64,000 nucleotides of DNA. Source: Octopus vulgaris. Lineage: Eukaryota. The stretch is from NCBI GenBank assembly GCA_951406725.2, contig OX597814.1:16678001-16742000 (forward strand). The letters are read 5' to 3'. Of the stretch, positions 1 through 15,895 are shown piece by piece; the first letter of the stretch is position 1, and each line of letters begins with the position of its first letter. The translations under genes and the position numbers were made by a program. A model generated the notes under the pieces. That model saw only the letters and a list, made by a program, of their open reading frames with translations. It was not told the origin of the DNA and ran no database searches.

Positions 1-25
1 TATGCATATATTTTATTTATTTATT

Positions 26-173
<148 letters not shown>

Positions 174-499
174 GTGTGTATGTGTATTTGTACAAGTGCT
201 ACATATGTGTTGCAGTCATGTACTTGTATGTGCTTGTATAAACGTATTTGAATGTGTGAATGTGTGGATGCGTGTAGGTGTGCGTGTATGGCCGAGAGAA
301 AGAATGACAGGGAGGCGGAAAAAGAGAGGATGCAAGAATAAAATTGATCTTATGTCAATAACAGTTGTGATAAAGGTTCGACTCTCCAAAGAGCAGTTTC
401 AAATACTTTGTCAATTCAAATTCTACCAGCAGTGAATGGGCGGACGTGATTTTGCGAAACTCTCGCAGTTTGTTATTGTGGCCTACTTATTTTCAACCA

Positions 500-860
500 A
501 CAATGACAGAGACTGCCTAACACAACTCTTACATCACCTTGATGACATCCTAAAGGGTCTGGAAGAGGACCCCAATGCAGATATCATATATTTTAACTTC
601 AGCAACGCCTTCGACAAGGATGGCCTCAGTATCCTATCAAAAATTTATCGAAAATTGGAGTCCGAAGGCAACCGTTAAAGTGGATAAAGTATTTTCTGGT
701 GAACAGAAATCAGCATTTGGTGATAGATGGTGTTCCATCAAGCTCGGCAAGAATCCTTATGGAGTCCCATAATGCACAGTATTGGGTCCAGTCCTTTTCA
801 TTATTTATATCAATGCTATCATTGACGTTATCAAGCACAGCAACATTAGAATTTCTCAGA
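500..860 (+). mobile_element. Decayed CR1/Jockey-group LINE reverse transcriptase fragment
   Basis: Frameshifted peptides RDCLTQLLHHLDDILKGLEEDPNADIIYFNFSNAFDK, NRNQHLVIDGVPSS, GVP and GPVLFIIYIN match the non-LTR RT motifs SCLTQLL / D.IYLDF.KAFD / R.Q.V...G..S / GVPQGS.LGP.LF.IYIND. Confidence 0.85.
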
Positions 861-874
861 ATCTTTATGCAAAT

Positions 875-1310
875 GCATCAGTTGTAGTTATGTATTTCTC
901 CAAAGCATATAATTGCGTCGACAGAAAAACCTACGTTAGATATAGGGAAGCATCACAGGTGAAATCGTGAAAGTCATCATGTTTGAAAATCCATCAGAGT
1001 TTATTCAAAGTACAAATGTTTCCTTTGAGACTAATGGACTACATTCTTACGATAGGTTTCGATCACATCGAGGTAAAAGCCTCAGTAATAATACAAAAGC
1101 TTTCATAACGTCATTAGTGAGTACGAGCTGCTCTATGATCTTCACTTTGCTGATGATCGTACCCTTCAGTTCATCAACAATATTCTTGTTAATATTACTT
1201 CATAATGCAAAGAAGACTGAATACATGATCATATCTTACGATAAAAGTCACCTACCAAGGATAGCACACGACTCAAGTATCATATAACTTAGGTCCTACT
1301 TTCCAAGTAG
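875..1310 (+). mobile_element. Very decayed RTE-like LINE RT fragment
   Basis: VVMYFSKAYNCVDR (like F.DFSKAFDSV.R) at about 880-925, DLHFADD at about 1137-1157 and LHNAKKTEYM at about 1198-1227, in RT domain order. Confidence 0.6.
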
Positions 1311-2150
1311 TAAGATCGCTTTTTGATAAAATCAGTATGAGAGTATGACGTGTATGGCTCTTTGAATTAATAGCGAAAGATATGATTTCGTCTACTTATG
1401 AACTAAGATGCCTTTGCACAGAGGCGTGAATGCAGATCATACACGCACAAGTAAAAAACAAATTGCTCAATCAAACATATTCAGTCTTCTTTACATTTCT
1501 TTCAGCCATTTGAAATCAGCACAGTAGGTTTTCTTCTGGCTGAACATCTCTGACATTCATCCACCATTCATTACGTTTTCACCCTAGTTTCGACAATTAT
1601 ACCATCTAAAAAATAATCTCCAAAATAATAAAGCGCACTCGTTTCTTCCCTATTGAATTCTCTCCAAATTTGTCAATAACTACTGAAATCTTAAACAAAT
1701 GTTTCTTAAAATGAAAATTTTCATGTTTTCTTTACATAATCGTTAAAAGATTTACGCAACAACTTGAAGAGACTCTTAGTTGTAATGTAAACTGCATGTA
1801 TACATACATGCATCCGTTTTAATCTTCCGTGAAAGGCTGTAAAGTTTGTAAATTGTACTCTTCGTTATATTACAGCATAATTGTATCTATGGTTGCGTAT
1901 GTGCATATTCACATGCATATTCATTTACATATCTGTGACAAACAATGTAGCATCGCTTATGGAATTAACGCAGTTTACGAGACTGCAGTCAACTGATGGG
2001 TCTGTTGTCTCATTTCATTTCTCTGGTGGATTTTTTTATATATATTATCCACTATTGCGAATCCTGGACTTTCAGAATGACGGTGAGGTTACCTCCTAGC
2101 CTTAAACATGGTCAGTCTTGATAGCCACACACCGAACATTTGGTATCATA

Positions 2151-2533
2151 TCTCTATATATAAACGGCAGTTTGTCTGTGCGTGTTTCTGTGTGTCTGTT
2201 TGCTTGTACCCTCACCCTGAGAATGGCTTTCAACCGATTCTGATGAAACTTGACACATACATAGCCCAATGTCATAATTCAAAACTAACGCAGCGAAAAT
2301 TTTGAAAAGTTCCCCCAGTTCTGAAAAAAATCGATAAATTCGACATAGGGTCGAGAATCAGAAACACAAACCACAAACTGTCTAGGGGACGCAACTCCAC
2401 CTTTTTTAAATCTCAAAAAAAAATTTACCATAATTTTTTTCCATTTTTTTGCTATTTTTTGGCTATAACTCTCTAAAAATGCTTTATAGTTATTTCCCTT
2501 ACAAACCTGAGCAACGCCGGGTGATACTGCTAG
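2151..2533 (+). mobile_element. Non-autonomous Helitron (383 bp)
   Basis: Begins A|TCTCTATATATAAA and ends CTAG|T. A GC-rich subterminal hairpin-type motif CCTGAGCAACGCCGGG lies about 12 bp before the 3' end. Insertion between A and T with no TSD gives the canonical Helitron termini. Confidence 0.85.
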
Positions 2534-3971
2534 TACTTAATACAACGTGATAGGCAAATGTATTCCGAATTCGTTTTGAGATGATATCTCATGTGAATGA
2601 GCAGTATTTAAAAGCAATAAATAATGATATCAAAGGCAAACGAAAGACAGACTAGCAGCGATCGGTAAAAACGTTCAGTGCGTTTCTGCCTTATTAGGCT
2701 TTGTCAGTAGCATATACTCAGTCAACCGTATGCCAAGATGACATCGGTCACCACCGATATAGGAAAATAGATTATTTATACAACTTCATGATTAATTGCA
2801 AATGTATGACAACAGAACAGAATGCTTTGGAGTGTTTTAAGTTCATATCCTGGCGAGTTGATTTCGCTGTTTACTTAAGGTTCGACGAAATACATAAGTA
2901 CGAATCGAATACAATGACCGATTTAAATTACTGCAGTTTCCTTGATTTGAGGCGTTATGTCGAAGAAAGAATATGCCGTATGCACAAGGAATCGATAGAA
3001 TTCATACTAAACGCTTCAGGAGTTTTAGTTATTTCCCTTTAAGCACTCAGCTCACAAACCAGTTTGTATTTCATCCTACTGGAGCCATAAAATAAGTAAG
3101 ATTAATGCACTGGAGTCAATTTAATCGCCGACACTGTTCCAAATAAAAAGAAAGAGAGGAACGTGTAGTTGTGAGCCTATATAGTAAAACATTAAAAGAA
3201 AAATCGCGCTTCTACGACAAAATATCGAATTCATAAGAGGTTAAATACAGAATTTTTTCTCTCTTTCGACACGAATTCTAAATAAATGTTTGGCTTTTGA
3301 TATGATGAACTAAAACCCTATTAATCCGAGATAGATCCTATATAATAGCCATTGGAACGCATAAGGTAAATAAAAAAAAAAGACTAATAATAAAGTGATA
3401 TATACACATAAAAACTTTGTTAAAAATTTTATATTTTTTGTAATCGCCCTTTTCAAAATTCAACTCATACTTTGCCTCCATTTTTTAATTTCTATTCCAA
3501 ATCTTTTAGTTTTTCACTTTCATTCCTGTTCACGCTTTTAATTTCCTTATTTTACAGGACATTTTTTTTCTCCTTGTCTCTTTGACTTTGTCAGTCCAAT
3601 TTCCTATCTCTCCTCTGCTAGCTTACCCTGTAACTCTGTCTTTCCTTCTCAATCTCTCAATTACTTTCTAACTTCATATTTCCTTCTTTGATTAATTCAT
3701 TCCGTGTTTCCCCTCTCTATATTCTCTCCATTCTCTCTCTTTCTCTCTGCTTTACTTTAGTCAGTCTTCTACTTTTTCTGACGTTTTAGTCTTTCACCGC
3801 CATTCAATATCAATCTTTTTCTATTTTTTCCTACAAAATGTTTCTCTGTGTATTATTCATTATTCAACCTTTCCCTTTTACATTTACTTCACATATCCAC
3901 TATTATTTTTGACTGCTTTTGATACTCTGAATTGACTCCGTTGCTACTGAGTTTCTTCCCACTTCTCCTTT

Positions 3972-4038
3972 CTATGTATGTATGTATGTATGTATCTATC
4001 TATCCATCCATCCATCATTCTATCTATCTATCTATCTA

Positions 4039-4092
<54 letters not shown>
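3972..4092. repeat. (TATG)n/(TATC)n/(TA)n microsatellites
   Basis: Read directly from the sequence. Confidence 0.95.
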
Positions 4093-4097
<5 letters not shown>

Positions 4098-4956
4098 CCC
4101 GTTCTCTCAGTCATTCACACACTAAAATTTATAATTCTGGTTATCTTAGATGCGCTCTCAGTTCCTCTCCCTCGTTCTCTTACACTCCCCCTCCTTATTT
4201 TTTTCTTGTTCATCCGCTTAGTCTTTTTTTTTTTTTCAACGCATTCTTTTTCTGCTCTCTATTTCTCTTATATTATTCCCATTTTTGTTCTATAATCATT
4301 TTAATCCCCAACCATCCTCTTCCATATTAACTTACTTTCATTTTTAATTCTCGCTAATTCTTTCGTCCCCTTTTTTTTCTTCCCTCTCTACTCATTCTCT
4401 CTACCCCATCCCTTCTCTGTCACTGGCACTTTCAAACTGCTCCAATATTTCTGAAACATTCTATGGTTATCATTTCTATCTCTATATCATCGCCATCGCC
4501 TCTTCCTTCACAAATCTTTTACTTCTTCTTTATTTCCTTCTCTCATTCTGACTCAGTCTTTCCATCTATATCTTCAAATGTAATTTTCTTAGTATGAACT
4601 TCACTAAGAGTTCAGTTCAGCTCTTAAATATTCACGCATTCAAATATTTACTATTTTAACCTTTCTCCTTTAGAATCAGTTATCTTTTTGTTCTCACCTC
4701 TTTTGATCCCACACTGTGTATTATTTCTTACGATATTTCACGCTCTCCCCAAATCTCTCTCTCTCTCTCTCAATTTACTACTTTAACTACCCACCTATTT
4801 TCTCTCCTTTTCTTTTGTATTTAGTTCTCTCTATTCTTTCTTAATATCTGCCCTCCTGCTAGTATTTTGTTTTCATTAGTTTTCCTTCAAATGATTCTCC
4901 ATAAGAGAAGCATAAGAAACAGAAAAAAACAATATTCAACATAAAGATGCAAAATA

Positions 4957-4957
<1 letters not shown>

Positions 4958-5002
<45 letters not shown>
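4958..5002. repeat. (CA)n microsatellite
   Basis: Read directly from the sequence. Confidence 0.95.
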
Positions 5003-5008
<6 letters not shown>

Positions 5009-5680
5009 GGATGCGTGTACCCACCCTTACGTGCATATATATCGGCAGTAGTTCATATATCACACATTGTTCTTCAATTTTTTTTTGCGTTTTAAAAAGA
5101 AAATAAAACCAATTTTATTTTGTAATTTCTTCGCTAAAAGAAGCGATTTAAATAAATAGAAATTTGCGCAATAAAAAATAACAAGCGCATCAACAATGTA
5201 TGCTGTGGGTTTAAGAAAATAAATATGCCTTCAATTTCTTATATATATAGAAAAAAGTAAAATCCAATAACTTCAACATTGATAACTACTGCGAAGATAT
5301 TGACAATGACGCTGGAGTTGAGAATGACAGTTATAGGGAATTAAAGTAAACTGGCATTCGAAATCCATACAATACGATAAATTACTAGGTATTTCTAATA
5401 GTATATCTCCCATGAATAACCCCAACAAATTTGCAGAGAAATACACACACACGAAGTCATACGAGCTCAATCATTAATATATATATATATATGTACGCTC
5501 GCACGAGTGTATACATGGAAAGAACTGAAGGAAGGATTTGTGAAGAAACAAATTAACTGAATCAATTGGAATACCGGCTCATAGATACTGGTTTTCAATT
5601 TAGATAGACTGCAAAAGTTTTCTTCCATTTTCTCCCTCTCTCTCATATATGTACGTATACACACACATATACACACGCAT

Positions 5681-5740
<60 letters not shown>

Positions 5741-5742
5741 AT

Positions 5743-5845
5743 GGCCTGCTCGCTTAGCCAGCGGGGTGGCGTCATTTGAAGGTTAAAACAATGCGAAGCG
5801 CATTGTGACCAGCGATGTGTAGCAACATCTGATAGCCTGGTCGTA
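5743..5845 (+). mobile_element. 3' tail fragment of SINE family A1
   Basis: ggcctgctcgcttagccagcggggtggcgtcatt...gcaacatctgat matches the tail of the copies at 7645-7898 and 17908-18198. Confidence 0.85.
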
Positions 5846-5864
5846 AAAAAAATATACATATATA

Positions 5865-6006
5865 TTAGGTTGTCCCAAAAGTTCGTAAACACTTGCGAAA
5901 ATTGAATTTTTACTCGCCAAGTACTAACAAAAACAACAAAAATATTCTTCCAAAATAACAGACCATTATTTTCCAAGACTTTCCACGAACTTTTGGGACA
6001 ACCTTA
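5865..6006. mobile_element. Mariner-type MITE (about 142 bp)
   Basis: 22-bp TIRs ttaggttgtcccaaaagttcgt (5865-5886) and acgaacttttgggacaacctta (5985-6006) with 1 mismatch, flanked by TA. The TTAGGTTG start is typical of mariner TIRs. Confidence 0.85.
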
Positions 6007-6021
6007 TATATATATATATAT

Positions 6022-7898
<1,877 letters not shown>

Positions 7899-8389
7899 AT
7901 ATATATATGCGTGTGTGCGTGTGTGTGTGTGTACATACTGATAGATAGATATTTAGATGAATTAATTCTCTCACAAACATGCACAATCTTATGGAAAACA
8001 ACACACAAATCTGCATAAACACGTGTATATTCGGAAAAATCAAGAAATAACAATGTTGGAACTATTATTGGTTTGGATCGCTATCACAAAAATTCAAACA
8101 TCATAGCGAATATCTAACAGCGAAGCTGTTTAACCAAGGTAGCTTACAATTTACAAAGTTGTCATCATATAAACTACAGACTATACTTAAATAAAAAATT
8201 CGAAAATAATATCGGAAACTGATCAATCAAAAACCGCATCATCTAACTAATAATATTGCAAATACAGTGAATAAGTTAAATATTTATTTTATACAAATAA
8301 TGCGATCCATGACAAGATGTACTTCCTTCCATTTAAACAGACAAGCTACATTATATCACACACACATATACAGTCATATAATAAATATG

Positions 8390-8635
8390 TGCGTGTTTGG
8401 GTCTTCGTTTGTCCCCAACACCACCACCACCGCCGCCGCCGCCGCCACCATCAGAGAACTGGTGTAGGTATGTTTTCGTTGCTGTAACTTAGCGGTTCGG
8501 CATAAGCGACAGATAGAATAAGTATTACGCTTTAAGAATGAGAAGTACTGGAGTCGACTCATAAGACTAAAAGTTCTTCGATGTGGTGCCCCTACATGGT
8601 CTTACTCCAATAACTGAAACATGCAGAAGATAAAT
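8390..8635 (+). mobile_element. Diverged 3' half of SINE family B
   Basis: acttagcggttcggca...gatagaataagta...gtcgac...actgaaaca matches the family B tail. Confidence 0.75.
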
Positions 8636-8672
8636 GACAAAGATCTGTATATTTAGATAGATAGATAGATAC

Positions 8673-8719
<47 letters not shown>

Positions 8720-10062
8720 CATGGATAGATAGATAGATAGATATGTAGACAGATGAGTATATATATACATGCACGTGTATGTAGATAGATACGTACACAC
8801 GTACATAAATATTTAACTTATTTACGTGTGTGTGTGTGTATGTGTGTGTACTAAAAATATAGTAATGGCTCTAAAATTACAATATATATAAAAGAAAAGA
8901 ATATCTAAATAAATAGTTTTTGAGTTTCGCTTCCTTGGAAAGAATGTCAGATGATAGATAAGGCAAGTATCCAGGAAAAGAAACAGTATCTGCGGTGGGT
9001 TGGGTGTTCGCTGTGGGAGCTATATATCTCCTGTACCTTGACAGTAAATGTACCCTAGGGCCAGTTGACATGGCATCGCGTATCGGTCAAATCGATTGCA
9101 AAGGTGAACATGGCGGAGATGGCAGTGCACGTATTATTCTTTGTATTTTATTTTATTTTATTTTTTTTTAATTTGTTTTATGGAGAAACAGAGACAGAGA
9201 AATGAAAGATAAAGATAAATAACGACCAGCATATATGTGTTCATATGTCTGTATTGAATGTGTACACGCGTGTGTTCTATGAGTATTTGTATGTTTACTT
9301 ATATGAATGTGAATCAATTTCTTTTGTATGAACATGTTTGTGTGTGTATGCGTTTGTGTGTGTGTGTGTGTATACTGATGTTTATGTGGAACGCAGAAAA
9401 TGGAAGATAGAAAATAGCGTAGGGACAGAAATGACTGTGGAATATAAGTGAAACGAAGACATGGGAAGAAGAAGTCAACAGTATTAGCGTGATCAGTAAC
9501 ACGAGCAATAACTACGGATGGAATTGGTTAGAAGTAACATTTGCAGAAAATATGAGACAAAAAAGTTTTTGCAAAAAGGGTAGAAAATAAGCGAAAAGTA
9601 ACTGAAACCAATTTAATGCAAAAGAATTTATGGCAAAGAAAATTGATGTGGTTGTTGCTCTTCAGCCACATAGCTGGACCTGGTGGAGCAGACTTATGAG
9701 CAAAGACGTTCCAAATACGATCAACCGTTTCCTTTCTTTTCTTTTTTGTTTTTTCTCTATGACTGTTATCCTGTATAAAGTCGGCAAGCAGCAACTCTGT
9801 ATTGACTCGGGTAAGATATCCATGCATCTTTTGGGTTTGTCCACTTAAATAGAGATGCCTGCGCACGTATAAGCTTATACATAAAAACACACTCTCACAT
9901 GCATTCATACGTTTTCGCGCACATACATACGTACAAGCATAAGTATACCAGCACATGTGCGTGCGTGTGGATGGGTGGTTGTTCGTGTATAGGGTGCTAT
10001 GACTGAAAGTAGATTTGTATTTCACAGTCTTTTACGGAATATACCTAATTACTTGCACCTGC

Positions 10063-10118
<56 letters not shown>

Positions 10119-10655
10119 TGTGTGCTATAGATTTGCTTTTCATTGTTAAACCTTGGAGAAACGAAGCCCATAAACACAGCAAAGAACATTTCGCACCCGT
10201 GAAAGCATAATATTTTCCATTAGGTACAAACAATTTAAACTCTAAATTATTGAAAATTTTATAGCTTAATAATTGAACACTTGCTGTATCGATACCACCT
10301 GAAGTTTAGAGGAACAGAATTGTTTAAATCAGCAAAGTTGATTGAGACAGAATTTTTCCATTGAACGCAAGGGAACGGAACTAAGTCCATCCAGACACTT
10401 TGTTGTACGCCACCCTTTATATTTGAATAAATGTCTTAGGTATGAGCTAACATGTCGCTCAAAAAATACTATTAACCGGTGTGTAGTAGACTCATATTTC
10501 CTTTCTGAAGCTGAAATCTATTTTTTTATACTAAAATTCAGATTGAGCAAATATATCAAACTATCGTGAACAGCAGGTTAATAGAAAATGATAATAATTT
10601 CGAGGCTAGAAATTTAGGGCAGGAGATTAGTCGATTATATTCAGGATAAAATGTA

Positions 10656-11624
10656 AAGTGGGGTAGAGAGGACAAACGTTTTTGAAATAGTCACAAAATA
10701 ATTTTTGTAGATGCAAAAAATTTATATTGACATCAGTGTGCTCGTATTGAATTAGCATTTGTCAAAATTAAGTGTGAAAAACAACATCCGTCATGTTTTC
10801 ATTAATGCATTTCTGTTTTCATTGATGCATTTCTGAAGGCGTTCTTGGAAGTTGGCCTCCACTCTCTGCAGCATTGCTCTGTTGACTTGGGTGACTTGCA
10901 CGTGAATAACTTCCTTCAAATCGTCCAATGTACGGGGGTTATGCGCATACACTCGTGCCTTGAGGTTTCCCCACAAGAAATAATTACATTATCAAAATGT
11001 CGTTTAAATCATCAAAGTTGATTGAGACAGAATTTTTCCACTGAATGCAAGGGAACGGAACTAAGTCCATCCAGGCACTTAGTGGTATGCCACCCCTCAT
11101 ATTCAAAAATAGCTTCCATCTGACGTACGAAATTAAGCCGCTGTGCATGGTCCCATGGTTTCAACTGTTGCCCAATGACCAATTGGTAGAGTAGAATGCA
11201 TCCCAAGCAGTGCGATTCGGACTCCGTATCAAAGCTTCTCTGACACGTCCTACATTTTCTGGGGTCCGTACCGTTCGTGGAGCCCCCCACCCACAGGTCT
11301 CCTATTCATTTGTGTACTTCGTGTACGAAGTGCATTCACCCAACGTAAGATTGTGTTAAGGATGGTAACAGCCTCATTACGGTGAATGTTGAAGTGGCGC
11401 CGAAACTCACGCTGAACTGCTGTAACAGACTCGCTAGTCTTCACGTAACCGCCGTAGGCAAACACGCAACGTTCTATTGTCCACAACACCGTGGCTTCAC
11501 ATGAAAAGAAAACAAAAAACACTAAAACACCACGGACCAAATAATACCTGACGGACATATGTCCCTCCCACTGGGGCTGAGTAACAGCCATTTCAAAAAT
11601 GTCCGTCCTCTCTGTCCCAGCCTG
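10656..11624 (-). mobile_element. Internally deleted Tc1/mariner (Tc3/maT/rosa-like) DNA transposon
   Basis: N-terminal HTH peptide SESVTAVQREFRRHFNIHRNEAVTILNTILRWVNALRTR and C-terminal (NYFL)WGNLKARVYAHNPRTLDDLKEVI...RVEANFQERLQKCINENR. Degenerate TIRs (agagaggac..ac.tttttgaaat.g) at both ends with TA flanks. Confidence 0.88.
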
Positions 11625-13239
11625 TATAAATTCAGTCACAGTGGTATTTCAGACTATTAACCACTTAGATAAGTAAGATTCTGGAATACCAGTTTTTTAA
11701 TTCTTTTCCTAATGTCTAACACAAACAATTGACAAGAATCTGTGTGTATGTTTGTGCGTGTGCGTGTGTGTGTGTGTTGCTGTGGGTGCGTGTGAACATT
11801 CGATTATATCATTACTGGTAGATGGCTAATATTTCGTTCATAGTTTACACAAGTATGAAGACTCCATTGACCTCCAAGAGTATTGAATTCGAAACATAAT
11901 GACCGAAAGACGAAAATACATAGAAATACATAAAGTTACAACTTAAATACAGCTTAAATGGGTGTTTATATTCGTTGTAGAATATATCTTACATTCACAC
12001 AAGAACACACAAAAGATTATAGTCTGCTTCATAGCCTCCTTTATAAGATCGTATCATATAAAAATGGTGCCGTAAAATATAGATTTACCCCTATGGTGAG
12101 TTGAAATAAGGAAGAATGACCCTGCTAAATATTTAGTTTTCTACTCTGCAGTTTCTGCTAATTTGGTACACACATAACGACTTCACGTTTATTTAGTCAC
12201 AAGGCATACAATACTGAATGCGGATGGCTGGTCGGTATCGACCTCAACATTTAACTAGCGTTATATTTTATTGGAGATAAAAGGATGAAAGGAAAAATTC
12301 CCTACAGTGAGATTTGAAGACAAAGTGAAAATTGGTGGGTGGGGAGGGGGCATTCACAATAATTCTTTCTGAAAAAAAAAGAAAACCGCCTGAAAAAACA
12401 GCTTAGAGAATTATATCCAATATTGCAGTTCTTTTCATGGTAATTATAATAATTCTTGAAAAACGGTGTAAATTTTATTAAAAATTCCGATTAAAAGATT
12501 CATTAGTATTTGACTGGTATTTATATTTTATCAGTTCTTGTAGACAACCAGAATTGAACTCAAAACACAAATAGGTTTTACAAAATAAAAAAAAAAGCAG
12601 CAAGGTATCTGTCCAGCAGTTTGTCGATTAGATTCTGCTAATGAAAATAAGAAGGGTTGTGGTGAGCTGAGAGAATTTCAGAGGAAGTGATGGATGTACA
12701 GCATGGCATGTCAGCTCATCATAAATTTTTGCATCTGATACAGTTGAATTAACACATATCACACTTTGAAATCAGTGAAGGGGAACGTAAAACTGCTTTC
12801 AACTTGAGATCTTCTTTTATGTTTATTTGTTTATTTATTTATGTGTGTTATCTATCAAACGAAATACACGTTATCGCACACACATAATTATTACTAGGCC
12901 ATCAAAATGTGCAAATTCGAACGCTGCTTACAAGGAATTTAAATATTGACGATCAATATGTATTTATTTATTTTTTTCTGTTTAATTATATTGAATTTTT
13001 TATTTTATTTCATTTTATTTCTTTACGGTTAGATGGGTTGGTGGATACGTAAATGAAAGAGTAATCATGCTAGCTTGTGTTTAGATGTTTATTTTCATTT
13101 TGTATAACATTTTGTTTTCTTTTATTAATTTTATATTTCATGCCATGTATTTTTAAGCTGTAAATATTTGCTTTAATTTAAGTTTTTTTTGTCTCTTTTC
13201 TATGTAGCATATTTCATGATGATTACACCAACAGAGGAA

Positions 13240-13800
13240 GCTGAATGTTATTGAACTATGATATGGTCCATTATAAATTACCGAAAACGCCACCTGGTTG
13301 AATATTCTCTTTGGCTACTTGGATTTCTTCATTGAAGTACAAACTGATTTGGAATTGCAAATTCCACTTTTCCCACGTATCCCGCTTTAGCAAACATATA
13401 TTAGACATAAATGATATTTGCAAAGGAAATTTATGTTGAGAACTGATATAAAGAAGATGATGCCATCAAAACATAAATACAGTTATTTGATGTTGGAAAT
13501 CAACAATTACGAAGATTAAATCAAGAAAAACCTGAAAAGCACCACCATCTCTTTAGATATTTCTAATGCCGAATATGACGATGGATCTAGTGGAATATTT
13601 GTGAAAAGGGTCCATAAATTGAAATGGTGAATGTCATTCTTGTGTCTGAGAAATGGTTCAAAATCTGTGTCGCTGCCAGTTAAGCAATTATAGGATTGCC
13701 ATTGATATTTGCATATTATGAATAGCAAAAAAGGTGAGCAATAATTGGATGAATATTTGCAAATATTTGGTGAGGATATGAAAGTAAGTTAATGATAATT
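13240..13800 (-). mobile_element. Highly decayed Penelope-like RT fragment (tentative)
   Basis: HFNLWTLFTNIPLD resembles the PLE RT motif SFDV.SLFTNIP.D; downstream SFANII resembles ANIFM. There are many stops. Confidence 0.4.
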
Positions 13801-13847
13801 AAGAGCTTCCATATTATTAGATGAAAATAAACACAAACGTATGTTTG

Positions 13848-13876
<29 letters not shown>

Positions 13877-13933
<57 letters not shown>
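13877..13933. repeat. (TG)n microsatellite
   Basis: Read directly from the sequence. Confidence 0.95.
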
Positions 13934-13935
<2 letters not shown>

Positions 13936-14265
13936 GGCGCATGGCTCAGTGGTTCGAGCGTCGAGCTTACGATTGTGGTGTTGTGAGTTCGAATCCCGGA
14001 CCAAGCTGCGTGTTGTGTTCTTGAGCAAGTCACTTTATTTCACGTTGCTCTAGTTCACTCAGCTGTAGAAATGAGTTGCGACGTCACAGAAGCCAAGCTG
14101 TATCGGCCGTTGCCTTTCCCTTGGATAACACTGGTGACGTGGAGAGGGGAGGCCGGTATGCATGGGCGACTGCTGGTCTTCCATAAACAACCTTGCCCGG
14201 ACTTGTGCCTGGGAGGGTAACTTTTTAGGTGCGATCCCATGGTTAGTCATGACCGAAGGGTTCTC
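13936..14265 (+). mobile_element. tRNA-derived SINE family D
   Basis: Head GGCGCATGGCTCAGTGGTT...GAGTTCGAATCCC (A and B boxes), followed by a V/CORE-like body gttgtgttcttgagcaagtcacttt...cactcagctg shared with family E, then a unique tail. Confidence 0.85.
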
Positions 14266-14268
14266 AGC

Positions 14269-14303
<35 letters not shown>

Positions 14304-14316
14304 GATATAAAGATAG

Positions 14317-14365
<49 letters not shown>

Positions 14366-14789
14366 TGCGGGTAGCGTATGCACACCCACACACAAGCAGT
14401 TACTTTCGCTATTGACGAAAAGATACGCAGCAAACCTCCAAGAATACATATTTCTGTAAATAACCACGACAAGAATCTGCTGAGAATCATTACGTTGAAA
14501 TTATTTGATGCTAATCTGACTCTGTAGTTCGAAGAAATAACAAACGTACATCGAGATTATTTCTACTAAAACATTGATACCCATCGTTAAAATCTATATA
14601 CAAATTTTCTCCTGCTGAATTCCTTTTGCATTAAATTTGGAACAAAGATTTAGGAATAATACCGATTTTGAGACACTATGATTGTTTATACTTCTTTTGA
14701 CATGTTGGGACTGTAGGAGTGTCAGAAGCTGCGGTCTTCGCAGACGAATTGAGAAATACGATACTCAAAGATTTACAATTATACTGGCT

Positions 14790-14985
14790 TTAAATTTTGG
14801 CACACGGCCAGCAATTTCGGAAGGGAAGCTAAGTCGATTAAATCGACATCACTGCACAACTGGCACTTTCAGAGAATGAAAGGCAAAGTTGACCCCGGCA
14901 GTGTTTGAAATCTGAAAGTAAAGGCGGATGAGACATTGCTACGCATTTTGTCTGGCATGCTAACGATTCCATCAGTGCGCAGTTT
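14790..14985 (-). mobile_element. Old SINE family C copy
   Basis: Degenerate atgaaaggcaaagttgacc..ggc..tttgaa motif. Confidence 0.65.
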
Positions 14986-15739
14986 AAAAATTTGCAGCTA
15001 TATTGTTGAGTATGCTTGTGTTCAAATAAACCCTACTCTTTTTTGGAGTATCAATTTCGCTTCTAGTTCAGTATCCTAAAATTTACCATAAATTCATTAG
15101 AATACACTTTGATGCATCTTGCGCATAAATTTTATCAGAATTCATTTTAAAAGATAATACTATGTTATTTGAGTTCCTAAAACGTGTCATTCTACTTAAT
15201 TGTAAGAAATAATTTCTATACGATCTTTTGCAAATAAATTTCACTTGTATATATATTCGCTCGCGTGTGTGCGTTTGTGTGTATTTGCGCTATATTAGTT
15301 TATAACGGCAATATGAAAAAATATACTATAATTTTTTTTTTGGCAAGTTCAAGCATTTTGCGTCACTTTTTGAGATAGTGACTGTTCGACATAAAGAGTA
15401 AAGAATAAATAAAATAAGAATTCTGTCATAACTATATATTCTATAATTTATGCATGAACAGATTCCTCACATTGTCTGAAAATACAGAAGTTACATTCTT
15501 CCTTATACTCCAATAAACTGACACAGTAACATCAGAAACAAAAATAATTGTTCTTACTTTCACTAAACGAGTGTACTTTATTTATTTTTTACCCCGAAGA
15601 AATAATATTTCAAACTGGAAGGAATCAATTTTCTTAGGATATAACCGGCATTAAACCTTTCGTATTATTGGGCGTAATTTGAACGGTAAATATAAAGATT
15701 TGGAAGAAACCGCTATGGTTTCTAAGAAATTCTTAGTGG

Positions 15740-15895
15740 CATATCTTCCGGCTCTTTACGTTCTGAGTTCAAATGCTATCAATTTTGCCTTTCATCCCTT
15801 CGGTATTGATAAAGTACCAGTTAAACGCAGAGGCGTTGTAATCGATTAACTCACTTCATTAAAATTGCTAACCTCGTATTAAAATTTCGGACATT
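15740..15895 (+). mobile_element. Old SINE family C copy
   Basis: tacgttctgagttcaaat...ttttgcctttcatcccttcgg...aagtaccag. Confidence 0.65.
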
